Both the position numbers and the translations under genes were made by a program. Under the pieces are notes generated by a model. That model saw only the letters and a list, made by a program, of their open reading frames with translations, did not search any database and was not told where the DNA came from. A stretch of DNA of 37,085 nt from Reclinomonas americana ATCC 50394 (lineage: Eukaryota): the NCBI GenBank assembly GCA_048213135.1, contig PS015035.1, positions 147,146 to 184,230 of the forward strand. The letters run 5' to 3'. Of this stretch, positions 12,501 through 23,700 are shown one piece after another; position 1 is the first letter of the stretch; each line of letters starts with the position of its first letter.

Positions 12501-15500
12501 CGTGGTGATGCGTCCACGGCCAGATTCCTCCTTCAGCTTCACCTTGGTGGCGTCGATTTCACGGCGCACCACCTCCAGGTCCTGCTCGTTCTCCCGCGTC
12601 GAGCGCTCCAGCAGCGCCAACTCGCGAGTAAGCTGCGAGATCTTGTCCGAGGCCAGGCGCTCCCGCTCTTCCACCTCACGCAGGCGGCTGTTCTCCGCCT
12701 TGAGTGCCGCCACTTCGCTGTTGCGCGCCTCGAGAGCCCGCGCGTGTGCGTTGAGCTGCTGCTGCAACTCGCTCAGCGTCTGACTCACGTCCTGCGACTG
12801 GCCGAGCTTGCTCCGCAGGCTGTCCACAGAGTGCTCGAGTGCGNNNNNNNNNNNNNNNNNNNNNNNNNNNNNNNNNNNNNNNNNNNNNNNNNNNNNNNNN
12901 NNNNNNNNNNNNNNNNNNNNNNNNNNNNNNNNNNNNNNNNNNNNNNNNNNNNNNNNNNNNNNNNNNNNNNNNNNNNNNNNNNNNNNNNNNNNNNNNNNNN
13001 NNNNNNNNNNNNNNNNNNNNNNNNNNNNNNNNNNNNNNNNNNNNNNNNNNNNNNNNNNNNNNNNNNNNNNNNNNNNNNNNNNNNNNNNNNNNNNNNNNNN
13101 NNNNNNNNNNNNNNNNNNNNNNNNNNNNNNNNNNNNNNNNNNNNNNNNNNNNNNNNNNNNNNNNNNNNNNNNNNNNNNNNNNNNNNNNNNNNNNNNNNNN
13201 NNNNNNNNNNNNNNNNNNNNNNNNNNNNNNNNNNNNNNNNNNNNNNNNNNNNNNNNNNNNNNNNNNNNNNNNNNNNNNNNNNNNNNNNNNNNNNNNNNNN
13301 NNNNNNNNNNNNNNNNNNNNNNNNNNNNNNNNNNNNNNNNNNNNNNNNNNNNNNNNNNNNNNNNNNNNNNNNNNNNNNNNNNNNNNNNNNNNNNNNNNNN
13401 NNNNNNNNNNNNNNNNNNNNNNNNNNNNNNNNNNNNNNNNNNNNNNNNNNNNNNNNNNNNNNNNNNNNNNNNNNNNNNNNNNNNNNNNNNNNNNNNNNNN
13501 NNNNNNNNNNNNNNNNNNNNNNNNNNNNNNNNNNNNNNNNNNNCCGACTGTCTTTTGCGCGTCGAGCTGCGCAGAGTTGTTGTAGTGCTCCAACTGCGCC
13601 AGTTCGTGCTCCAGCTGTCGGATCTTGTCGGATCCCTGCCGTTCGCGCTCGCGCACCTCCTTCAGCTCGTCGTACGCATTGGTGAGCTCGCCTTGCAACC
13701 GGTACACACTCTTGCGAGCCGTGCTCAGCTCTTGCGACATGCGTTCCATTCTGTATGGGCGCGGTTAGTACCAGCAGCAACAGGACAAGAGCGAGCGAAG
13801 AGAGAGGGAGGGGGGGGGCGGACACGAAACTGCGAATCAAAGGTCGAGGACGGCGCAGCAAACACCACGGCCTCTCGTGGCGGCTCCGGACGCAGGTCGT
13901 CGGCAGCACGTTGCATGCGACGCAGCTCGGCATTGAGCGTGGACACCTGTGGCATGCGCGTGAGCACACCTGTCTGTTTCTTTGGAAAGGAGAAACACAC
14001 TCACCTTGTCGACAGCAGAGGCCTCACGCTCCTGCAACTGGGCGCAGTCCTTCTTCAGCTGCGACACCTCGCGGTCGAGCTTGAACACCTGTGTGTGTTT
14101 GCGTGCCGACACAGCAGAGCGTTGGTTGTCGAGTCACTTGCACAACAACACAACACAGAGCGACTAACGCACCTCCTCCTTCAGGTGGCGAATCTCCACA
14201 TCCTTGGCGCGCAGCTCATTGGCGTGCACCTCGTCGGACGAGGCATCCGAGCGCATGCGCGCAATCTGCGAATCACGCTCGCGCAAGTTTTTCTCCAGGC
14301 GGGCTGCGCAGTCGAGATGACAGTCGTGAGGACCATTGAAACAAACGAACACATCAGAGCTCTGTGTACGTGCTTGCTCAACGCACCAAGTTCCTGCTGC
14401 TGTCGCGACATGTCATTTTCCATGCGCTTCAGCTTGTCCACCAGGCGCTCGTTCTCGTCCTGCAAATGCGTGCTCGACTCCTCCATCACGGACAGTCGCT
14501 GCCGCAGCTCATTGTCGCCAGTGACGCGCTCCGTGCCGCTCGATGGTCGCACGCGGAGCGAGAGCAGCGAGGCCGGGGCTGCCGCGGTCACAGCAGACGA
14601 GCCCGAAGCGGTGCTGCGGGTGGCCGACGACGGTCGGGTCGGCACGTTCTCCTTGCTCAGTTGCCTCGCAATCTCTTCACGCTCACGGCTCACCGCCTAC
14701 ACGTTGCGCCAACAGGTGAGTCAGCAGGCAGAATGGAGCGGGCTGAACAATGTCATGCACGCACCTCCTTGCGCTCCAGTGTGGCCTTCTCGCGCGCCTC
14801 CATGGCAGTCTCCATGTTGGCACGGAAAGCGTCAATCGCTCGGCGTCGCTCCGTGTCGTTGTCGCTCATCAGAGGCGCCAACGCGGCCGGGAGGGCCTCA
14901 CGGACCTCGTTGCGCTTGCCGCCGCTGCGGTCCTCCTACACGAACACGCGTGTGAGAGACTTGCGCGCGCTTGTGCGATAATGGTAGAAATTTCCCTTAC
15001 CGTGCACTTGATCAGCGTCTCCACAGCCATCTTTCGCACCTCCACGTCCTCGTCCTCGGCAAACTCCGCAATCGCCTTGAGCGACTGCTCGCGCGTCCTC
15101 TCCACCATCATGTTTCCGTCGACACACATGTGGTACACGCCCTTTATGGCGTGGCGCTTGGTCTTGATGTCGCGCGAGACCAGCGACTTGAGAATTGCAC
15201 TGCCGGCACCGAGAGCCATGACAGCGGCGCGGTTCGCCTCCTCCATCACCATAAACGAGAGTGCGCCCATGGCGTACCTGGCGATCGACACAGCGAATGA
15301 GCAACAAGCAAGCAAGCAAACAGCGAGAAGAGGAAAAGTGCAGCTCACCGACGAGCCTCCGGCTCACGGCCCTTGAAGCACTCCAACACAATCTGCACAC
15401 CGTCAACTGACGGCACGGCCGCATTGCTGCGCCATACAACAGGGTGAGTGTGTGTGGGAAAGGGCGAAGGCCTCGCCCTTTTTTCTCAAACGCAGACTCA

Positions 15501-17008
15501 ACTTGGCCGGATCCTGGCACATGTGCATGGTTGTGGCCAGAGCGTAGCAGCGAGCCTCCAAATCCGAGTCCTTGGTCAGTCGCAGCAACACCGGCAGCGC
15601 ACCGATGCGTCCAAGTGTGGCACGCGTGCGCTCTCCCAGGGACGCATTGCACAGACACCGCAGACCGAACCGCCGACTCTCCACATCTTGCGTGTTGCTC
15701 ACACAAAACAAAATCTCCTCGAGACCACCTGCGACACGCGCGCGCGCCGTGATGAGCAACCAGCGAGGAGGAGTGGGAAACAGGAAGGAGTAAATGATGC
15801 TTGCCGAACCTTCCTGGATCAACTGCGACTCGTTGTCTTCGTCGCTGTTAGAACAAACACACAAAGGTGTCAGAGTGCACTTGGTGAAGAAAATAGCACA
15901 TGTTGTCACCCCAACGCACCTGGCCAGGTTGATCAAACTGCACAACACGCGAGCCATTTGAGTTGATGAGTACACACAGGAGGAGGAGGAGGAGGAGGAA
16001 GAGGAAGGGGAAACAACGCACCTCGCAAGCGCATAGCGCTGCGTTTCTGGATCGTCCACCTTCAAGCATTCGATGACATTGCGAATGCATCCGAGCGGGC
16101 GGAACTGCATCTTATTCTGTGGAAGCGGGTGTCAGCCACCGCCATAGAGCACACAATAAAAGGAAGCGCGCGGCGCGCAACTTCGACGTTGATGGACAGG
16201 TTGCACACCTGCAAATCATTATGCACACAGAAAAGTGTGAGAAACACACACGGGAGAGAATCTGTGAAACTGCGACACGCACTGTTCGCAGAGCATCACG
16301 GCGAGTGCGAATGTCCTCAGCGAGGAGACACTGCACAATGAGCGGGAGACCGCCCTGCAGGCGGATTTCCACCTTGTTGATGTCGTGGATGCTCAGGTTG
16401 CACAGCGAGCTGCGACACCCGACAAATCAGCCACAAGAGAGTACGAAGAAATGGGCAAAGCGTGTGCGCACCGCAACGCGACACGCGTAATCTCGATATC
16501 CTGCGTGCCGCTGGAGAGGCAGTCGAGAATCGCTCCCACGCCGCCCAATCGCAAAATCTCCTTGCAGCTCGGCTCCTCAAAACTCATATTACACAGCAGA
16601 CGCAGGCACAGCTTCTGCACATCGTACGAATCCACAGAGAGCCACTCCACAAGAATATCCAAGCCACCCTGCTGTCGAATCTCCTCGCGGTATTGCGCTG
16701 GATGACGATCGCCATCAGCGTCGCAAAATAGAAACCCACATATACACACACACGCAAACCGCGAACTGACCATGCTGACTGATCTTCCACAAGATCCACA
16801 GTCCATCGCGCTGCGATGCTGCGTCGCCCTCGGTCAACATCTCCAGGAACTTGTCGACGCAGTTGTTGTGCTCAATGTTGACATGAAGCGATTCTGTCAC
16901 AAGAGAGAGAGAGTGAGTCAGGGCGCCAATGTCACTCTTTTGCGTGTGCGACTCACCATCGATTGTGATGCGACCGACTTCGGCCTGCCCCGCAGGCCGT
17001 GCGCGCTC
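567..17008 (-). CDS. Giant multi-exon protein: N-terminal ARM repeats, very long coiled-coil rod, C-terminal ARM repeats (partial; interrupted by gaps; start codon unresolved, probably ~17010-17135)
   Basis: More than 30 GT-AG introns join in-frame exons. ARM repeats at ~14990-16890 (REEIRQQGGLDILVEWL; KVEIRLQGGLPLIVQCL) and ~567-2500 (NTKVQIREAGGIPVLVDCL; NKIEIRGHGGLPALLHVL). Continuous E/Q/R/L/A-rich heptad sequence from ~3710 to 14940. Confidence 0.85.
11447..12228 (+). CDS. Coiled-coil exon fragment on an apparently inverted contig, belonging to the surrounding minus-strand gene
   Basis: Open heptad-rich frame on + between two N-gaps, ending at a G|GTGCGT donor (12229). It carries the same ERE...EL-LL motif at 98-aa spacing as the flanking minus-strand exons. 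Confidence 0.75.
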
Positions 17009-17134
17009 CTGTTATCAGAAACACACATGCCAAGTGAGCGCGCGGAGAAGCGGGGAAACAAACACAGAGTCCGATCTTCCGCATCATGTGAAATCGATAA
17101 ACGTGTCGCGTGCAACACACGCACTGGCGAACAT

Positions 17135-17753
17135 GCTCCCTCTCTCTATATCACTCTCTCGCGTGCGCGTGTGCATTCTTTCTGCGCGCGTATGTATGCA
17201 CAACATTCATTCACACACAAAGAGCGATTGCAAACAGCGGAAACAAAGACACACACTCTCTCTCACGCACGCACGTATGCAGTCACGCTTCACACTCTCT
17301 CGCCACACGCACACACACACTCTCTCACTCTTTCTCCTCGCTCTTCCCGTCTCTCTCCGTCGAAAGTGAGCGTGAGATGGCACACACAAACTCACCGGTC
17401 GCGACATTTAACGCCCCTGAGTCTGTCACACGCACACACACGCACACACAAACACAAAGTGCAGCACGCTCCCTCGCACACACAAACACAAACAAACACA
17501 AACAAGCGAGCGTGGTTGGTGGTTCGTTGGCGAGCACTGTCCACACACATTGGCACTGTCCACCTTACGCGATTTTTGTGTGCGCGCGCGTTTTCTCTTC
17601 CGTCTCTCTCTCTCTCTGCGTGCGTGCGTGTGCACAACTCTCTCTCCCCCTCCTCTCTCTCTTGTCTTCGTCTCTCTCCCTCTCTCTGTGGTCAGCAAGT
17701 TCGCGACTCAAATTCCGCACGTTGCGCTGCGCGTGAGGCCTTCTGGGGACCCC
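17135..17753. promoter_or_regulatory. Divergent intergenic region, putative bidirectional promoter, rich in CA/CT/TG dinucleotide runs
   Basis: Lies between the 5' ends of the two large genes, which are head-to-head. No credible coding frame; degenerate (CA)n, (CT)n and (TG)n tracts. Promoter function is inferred from position only. Confidence 0.5.
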
Positions 17754-20700
17754 ATGCGAGCGCTGCTCTTGCTGCTGCTGTTGCTGTTATCAGTGACAGT
17801 GGTGGCCAGCAGCAGCAGCAGCACTCATCGCCTTCTCCACCAGCACCACCACACTGCGCACGTGTTCGATTCAGATGCATGGATGACGATGATGAGGAAC
17901 ACCACTGCGCACGATGATAATGGCGCACGGATAGGCAACTATGCACTGTCGCGGTTGCCGGTGTGCTTTGTGGAACTGGAGAGCATCGACAGTGGCGGCA
18001 GAGTGATTGCAACGCGCGATGCTAATATCAGTGTGCGTGTCCGCATAAGCGGCGGCATCAATAACAGTGTCGACGATGGCGACAATGCTGGAGGTGGTGG
18101 CATTGCTGGTTTTGAGCTGTTGTCGTATGCGTTGCGTCGTCACGCTTTATTGTCTTCTGTGCATGTGTGTGTCTTTTGAGTTTGCATTGATCGTTGTTTG
18201 TGATATTGTGTGTGGGCCCGGGCAGTGATGAGACGAAGAGTGTTGTGCGTCGTCAGCTCGTTCGCATGCGAGTGCATGTGGAGACTCGGGAGGACGATGA
18301 GTGGACGGCGTGGTCGCTTGTTCGGCAGTCGTCGGTGCGGTATACAAGTGTGCATGTCCTGCCCTTTGTGTGTGTGTGTGTGTTGCACTCATTCCGCGCG
18401 CTCCGTGCAGAACTGCGGTCGTGCATCGTTTCTGATTGGCGGCGGCGGCTTCCCGTGGCGGCAACATGCCAACATGAGTGATGTCATTGAGTCGCACACG
18501 CCGCACGTGCAGGTGCTGCTGCGTGGACAGAGTGCGCCGACACGCACTGTGAAGAGCGAGGTGGTGCTCACGCGCGCCGACGAGCTCTCCGCCTTGCGTG
18601 TCACATATGCCGGCGTGTCGGTGCGCTCGGCTCGCATTGGGGACGACGGCGAGCTGCGGTTGCTGCTGGACGATGGCGAGCTGGTGGAGGAGGCGCCGGT
18701 GTTTTCGCAGGCGGCGCATGCGCTGGGCTCGGCCGACTTGCGTGGTGCTTTCGAGCTGCTCAGTGTGGCCGATGGCGAGGTGGTCGTCGGATTCCGCCTC
18801 ACTGGCGGCCACCCCGATCCAACCATGCCGCTGCACATTGATCCACCGTATCACTTTTGGGGTGCGTGACGACGTGTCAAGGTCGGTGTGTGACAATCAA
18901 TGTTCACTTCTGCTGGCTTGTCTCCACACAGGCTCGTTCTTTGGTAGCGTCGACAAGGACGACACGGCGACCAGTGTGGCCGTCTCGCCGTCGGGACTGA
19001 TTGGTATCGCTGGCTACACCTTGTCGCACACTCGCATGAACTCGTTCACTGTGCCAATGTCTTCCTGTTGCGTACTGCCAGCTGTCGCCTTTGTCATTGT
19101 TTGTGTACGTTGCCTCTCTCTCACGCTCCGTCACGGCACGCAAGATTCCGGAATTGTCGACACGGTGGCCTTTGCAGCCATTGTCGATCCGCAGACCTAC
19201 TCGTTGGTCAACATTGTTTACTATGGTGGATCTGGTGCGTCGTCGTGATCGTGCCAAGCGAGATGTGTGCCACTATTGCTCACCATTACACGTGCTCACA
19301 GGAAACGACGCCGCCAACAGGTATTCACCACCGCCTTCACCCATGATGCCAACACAGTTTCTGTCGTTTGTGTCATTCTCGTCTCCTACTCGCACAGCAT
19401 TGCATTTTCCTCGGCGGAAGACGTTGTGATTTGCGGTGCGTCACCAGCGGTCCTTCTTCTCTTCTGCACACATTATTCCTCATCTCCTTCTCTACTTTCT
19501 CCTTGCAATCAAAAAAACAAGGCACGACGACGTCACCGATTATTCCCACAAGCGTCGATGCGTGGCGACCGACCTCGGTCACCTCCAACTCGGGTATTGG
19601 ATTTGTGGCGCGACTGACGCAGCTGGGTGTTCTGGTTGGCGGCACCTACGTGACCAATGTCGGCGCAACCACATGCGAGTCGCTGGCACTCGACAGCCAG
19701 AACAATGTGTTCATCACCGGCCGCTTCAAGTCTCTAGATGCTGATCCCACCGTTGTCGACTGTGGCATGGGGTGCACCAGTGCGGTCATCTACGTTATGG
19801 TGTGTTGACGCCATCGATGCTGTTTTCTTTTGCGGATCACTCGCTCACCACTCCACCTGCCAGCGATTTGACCCCACTGCTCGCCTCCGCCAAACCTCCG
19901 CAGTCATGTTTCACACGAGCTCGGGCGAACTGAATGGCGACTCGCAGGGTGGTACGTGGGCAGCTTCTGTTAGTGGAGCACTGCTGCACACATCTTATGC
20001 TGTCGTCGCACACAGACCTGATTGCTGTGGACCCTGCGGATGACCAGGCTGTGTTTGTTCTTGGCCGCTCTCGAGCCACCAATCTTTACACTGTATTTGT
20101 GCGCGTCACTCTCTCTCTCTTTGTGTTATCATCGCTGCAAGTCTCACTCCGTGCTCTGCGCCTAGTCAACCTTTGGGTACCACAACGCCTTTCAAGTATC
20201 CAATCTTGTGGAGACCGCAGCCGTCGACCGCGCCGTTCTGCTGAGACTCGATGTCACCAACAACATCACGCTGGATGTGAGTGGCATTTCCCGGTGGAGT
20301 AATTAGTCTTGCGTGATGATTCTGAAGCGAGGTGTGCGACGCAGTACATTCAATTCATTGCCGCGGAGGCAGCGTACATTCCCGGAGCAGTGTCTACCGT
20401 TCCTTGCAGCACAATCGGCACGACTTTGCTGATCAATGGCACTTCTGTGTGGACTGCGGGTACGCCCCTTCCCCTCCCCCCCCCCCCCCCCCCCATCCGT
20501 GAATACCGCCAGAGCTGTCTTACAATCGTGCTTACAGTGGCCGCCGATATCAACATCCTCGTGTCAGCGTGCTCGTCCCCAACGCAATGTGTCACCAACC
20601 CATTGCAGGTGGCCGGTGGTCGCGAGGACAGGGGTGCATCCTATTCCCTTGGTGATCCTCAATTCTATCGCATCTACATTAGCGAGGTTCGCGTATGTTC

Positions 20701-23700
20701 TGCCGTGTCTGCGCGTATGGTGCAACCTCATCCTTTTTCATTCAGATGTACAAAGGGTCTGGTGCACCGCTGGTTTCTGGTTTCGCCACTCGAGTCAATC
20801 AGAGCACACTGACGGCGGGACGCATGGTCATTGATCGCAGCAACACGTTGCGTGTTTCCTTTTCGGCGCTGGGTGCCGACTCGACTGTTCGCAACTCACA
20901 GTGGCCACCACCATGCAGCATATGGGTGACCACGGGAGACGATACCTCCAGTCTTCACAGAGTCAATGTCACGAGTGCAGACGCGATTTCGGGTGATACT
21001 CCGGATCCCAACGCTCCGTTCAACAACATGCTGGATGACTCTCCGTACCAGGCCACGGGCACAGGTGTCGATGGACAAGCTGTGAAGTCTGGTAGCGGCA
21101 TGTTGGTAACGGTGGACAGATACGGCAATGTGGTGTTTGTGGGCACCTCCAAGTACGGCAAGAGTCAATCGGGCGACATCCCGCCTCTTTCCGCCACCAC
21201 CGTGACCTCGATCGCTGCACCGACTCAGTTTTCCGAAGGCGTCAATTACGACATTTACGTTGCGCTGCGTGTGGAACCATCCTGCTTCTTTATGTCTGGC
21301 AGCCATGTTCACCCGCAAGTCGTATTGTTTGCAGGTTGGAAAAGTGTATCAGGCAGAATCTGTGCCTGATGTCGCATTCACGGCCGTGCACACCGACGCA
21401 ACGCAACAGACGCTGCAGTCTATCGTGCTCCAGGTGTGTGTGCTACTGTCATTGCTGCTTGCCAAGACTGTCGTCTCGTCACCTACTCTGTTCGCACGAC
21501 GCCACACAGTGGACGTTGCCAACGACACACATTGCGTGGGGTCGCTGGACCGCCGATGTGCAAACAGCAGTGAGTGGCAGCAACATGTGGGCCCCGGCCA
21601 TGACCACGACCGCACCAAATGTGAATTCCGCCGGCCTTGACCTGCCGGCACTGCCTGTCACTTTGGACTTTCGCGTTCGAGCCGTCACTGTGCGAACACA
21701 ATTCGCTGGTCCGTGGAGCACCGTGTTCACGCAAACTTTTGCTGATGGTCTGTCTGTGTTCCATTCCGTGTTTGTCGCACTGCGCCTCGTTGCTGACTAC
21801 CAGCTCGTACAGCCGCCGTGTGGGATCCAAACAAGTCGCTTATCGACTGGATTATCAGCGACCCCGCTGCGGCCGTTAACATACCGAGTGGCACTGTGAT
21901 TCCGCCGATCGTTGGTCTGAACGTGGGCTTGACTGCTAGCGCCATCATCAACCGACTGCCGCCGGGCCCTCGCAGTCGCTCACTGACACTGCGAGCCAAC
22001 AGTGGTGGCGTGACATTCGATTGCCAGAACACCTCCATCATTCAACTCACGGCCACGGACCAGTTGTGGCTCCGTCTGACGTTCGTCGGCATTACGTTTC
22101 TGCGTTGCACGCCTCCGTTTGTCAACGGCTACCAGACCACGGACTACTCGATTTTTCTGCAGTCAGACGGCGCCAACGGCGACGCCAGCAAAACTCACCA
22201 ACTCACGCTTCGTGACTGCATTGTCCAGTCGTCGGATTACTTTGCGTACCTGGAGGAATCCGTCGGCGACTTTACCGTCACCGTGCGAGACTCGGATTTT
22301 CCGTTCACACTCTTTGCTCGCTCCGGTTCGTGGCTGGGTGTCTTGCTTTCTTTTCGTTCCACGTGTGTGACTTGTTCTGCTGATTGTGTGCTCGCGCATG
22401 GCAGCCCCTGGACACACCAGCAAAAGCATCACCACCTTTACGAATTCCACGCTCATCGGCTGCGACTCGTGCGTCCGCATCAGTGGGGCAATGACCTCGT
22501 TCACCATGTCGTACAGTACGTGCACTGGTGCCTTCCGTGGGTGAGTCGCATACGTTGTTAGTTTCGACGCATATCCACGTGCCGCTGAAGCGCGCTGCAA
22601 CTACAGACCGAATAACAGCAATGAGGCGTTAGCGCCATGTATCTACGCGAAGGGATGTTTGTCCACAAGGATCCTGTATTCCACCTTTGCCAACAACACC
22701 ATCGACTCATCGCCTAACGAAGCGCTGACCGCGGCCGCTGTGGCACTCATTGGGACGGGTACCTCGTACATCGAGAACTGTCAGTTTATCAACAATTTGG
22801 CAACCTACACTGTCGCTGCTCGCCCTTCTGGCGACCAGGACGCAGCAGGAGCGCTTCTCATCAATGGTTTGTCTGGAAGGGGAAGGGTGTTTTCTTGTTG
22901 AAACACCGTACGCTGACCTGAAGAGCACAGACGTGAATCACATTCTGACCGTGACGGCCAGCGCATTCAGGAACAACAAATCCGTTGGCGGCACCGGTGC
23001 TCTCGACTGCGCCTGTGCGTCTGCTCGCGAGCAGTGATGAAAAGTATGCTTCTGGTTTGCTGATCTGCCTGCTCTTCCGCAGCTGGTAGCTGCTTGGTAA
23101 CCGACAGCGCGTTCTCTGGCAACTCTGGGCGTATCGGTGGTGCCCTGCGATTCCGTGGTACAAGTTTCGTGGGAGTTGTCTCTTCAGCACGTTGGTTTCT
23201 GTGTGTCATGCGTCTGCGCGTGCGTGTTTTCACAGCCAACACGGTGACCATCATCGGCAACACGTTCACAAGCAATGTGGCGACGGAGCTGGTTGGTCGA
23301 CCGCTTCGCTTTGGCAGTATTTGTCGTCCATCTTCCGCTGCTAACAATGGAATTGAACTGCAGGGAGGTGCAGTGGGCGTGTACGGTGGTTTCATGACCA
23401 TGTGGAATTCCGAGTTTGTGAACAATGTCGCGAATCTGGGTGCCGGGTGTGTTCGCCTTTTATTGGTTGCTTTTGCCACTTGCCTCTGCCACTAACTGCA
23501 AAGTGGTGGTGACGCAGTGGTTTGGTGTTCTTCGCCTCCGGGTCGATCGTGAACTGCACCTTTGTCGGCAACAGTACGCCACTGCGAGGCGGCGCCATTG
23601 TGGCCAACGGAGCGCCGTCGCTCATTCTCACGTTACGTGCCACCGCACTGTCGGGCGCATTGTCGCACGCTTCGTCTCACACCGTTGTTATTTTGTCTCG

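Noticed and set aside
1523-14955. Long plus-strand ORFs antisense to the coiled-coil gene, and very long ORFs spanning N-runs
   Set aside because: Shadows of GC-rich codon usage and artefacts of translating gaps; no domain signal or splice structure (except 11447-12228).
17135-17700. Possible CRISPR-like array or structured RNA in the intergenic repeats
   Set aside because: Only degenerate dinucleotide microsatellite; no constant repeat-spacer unit or recognisable RNA gene.
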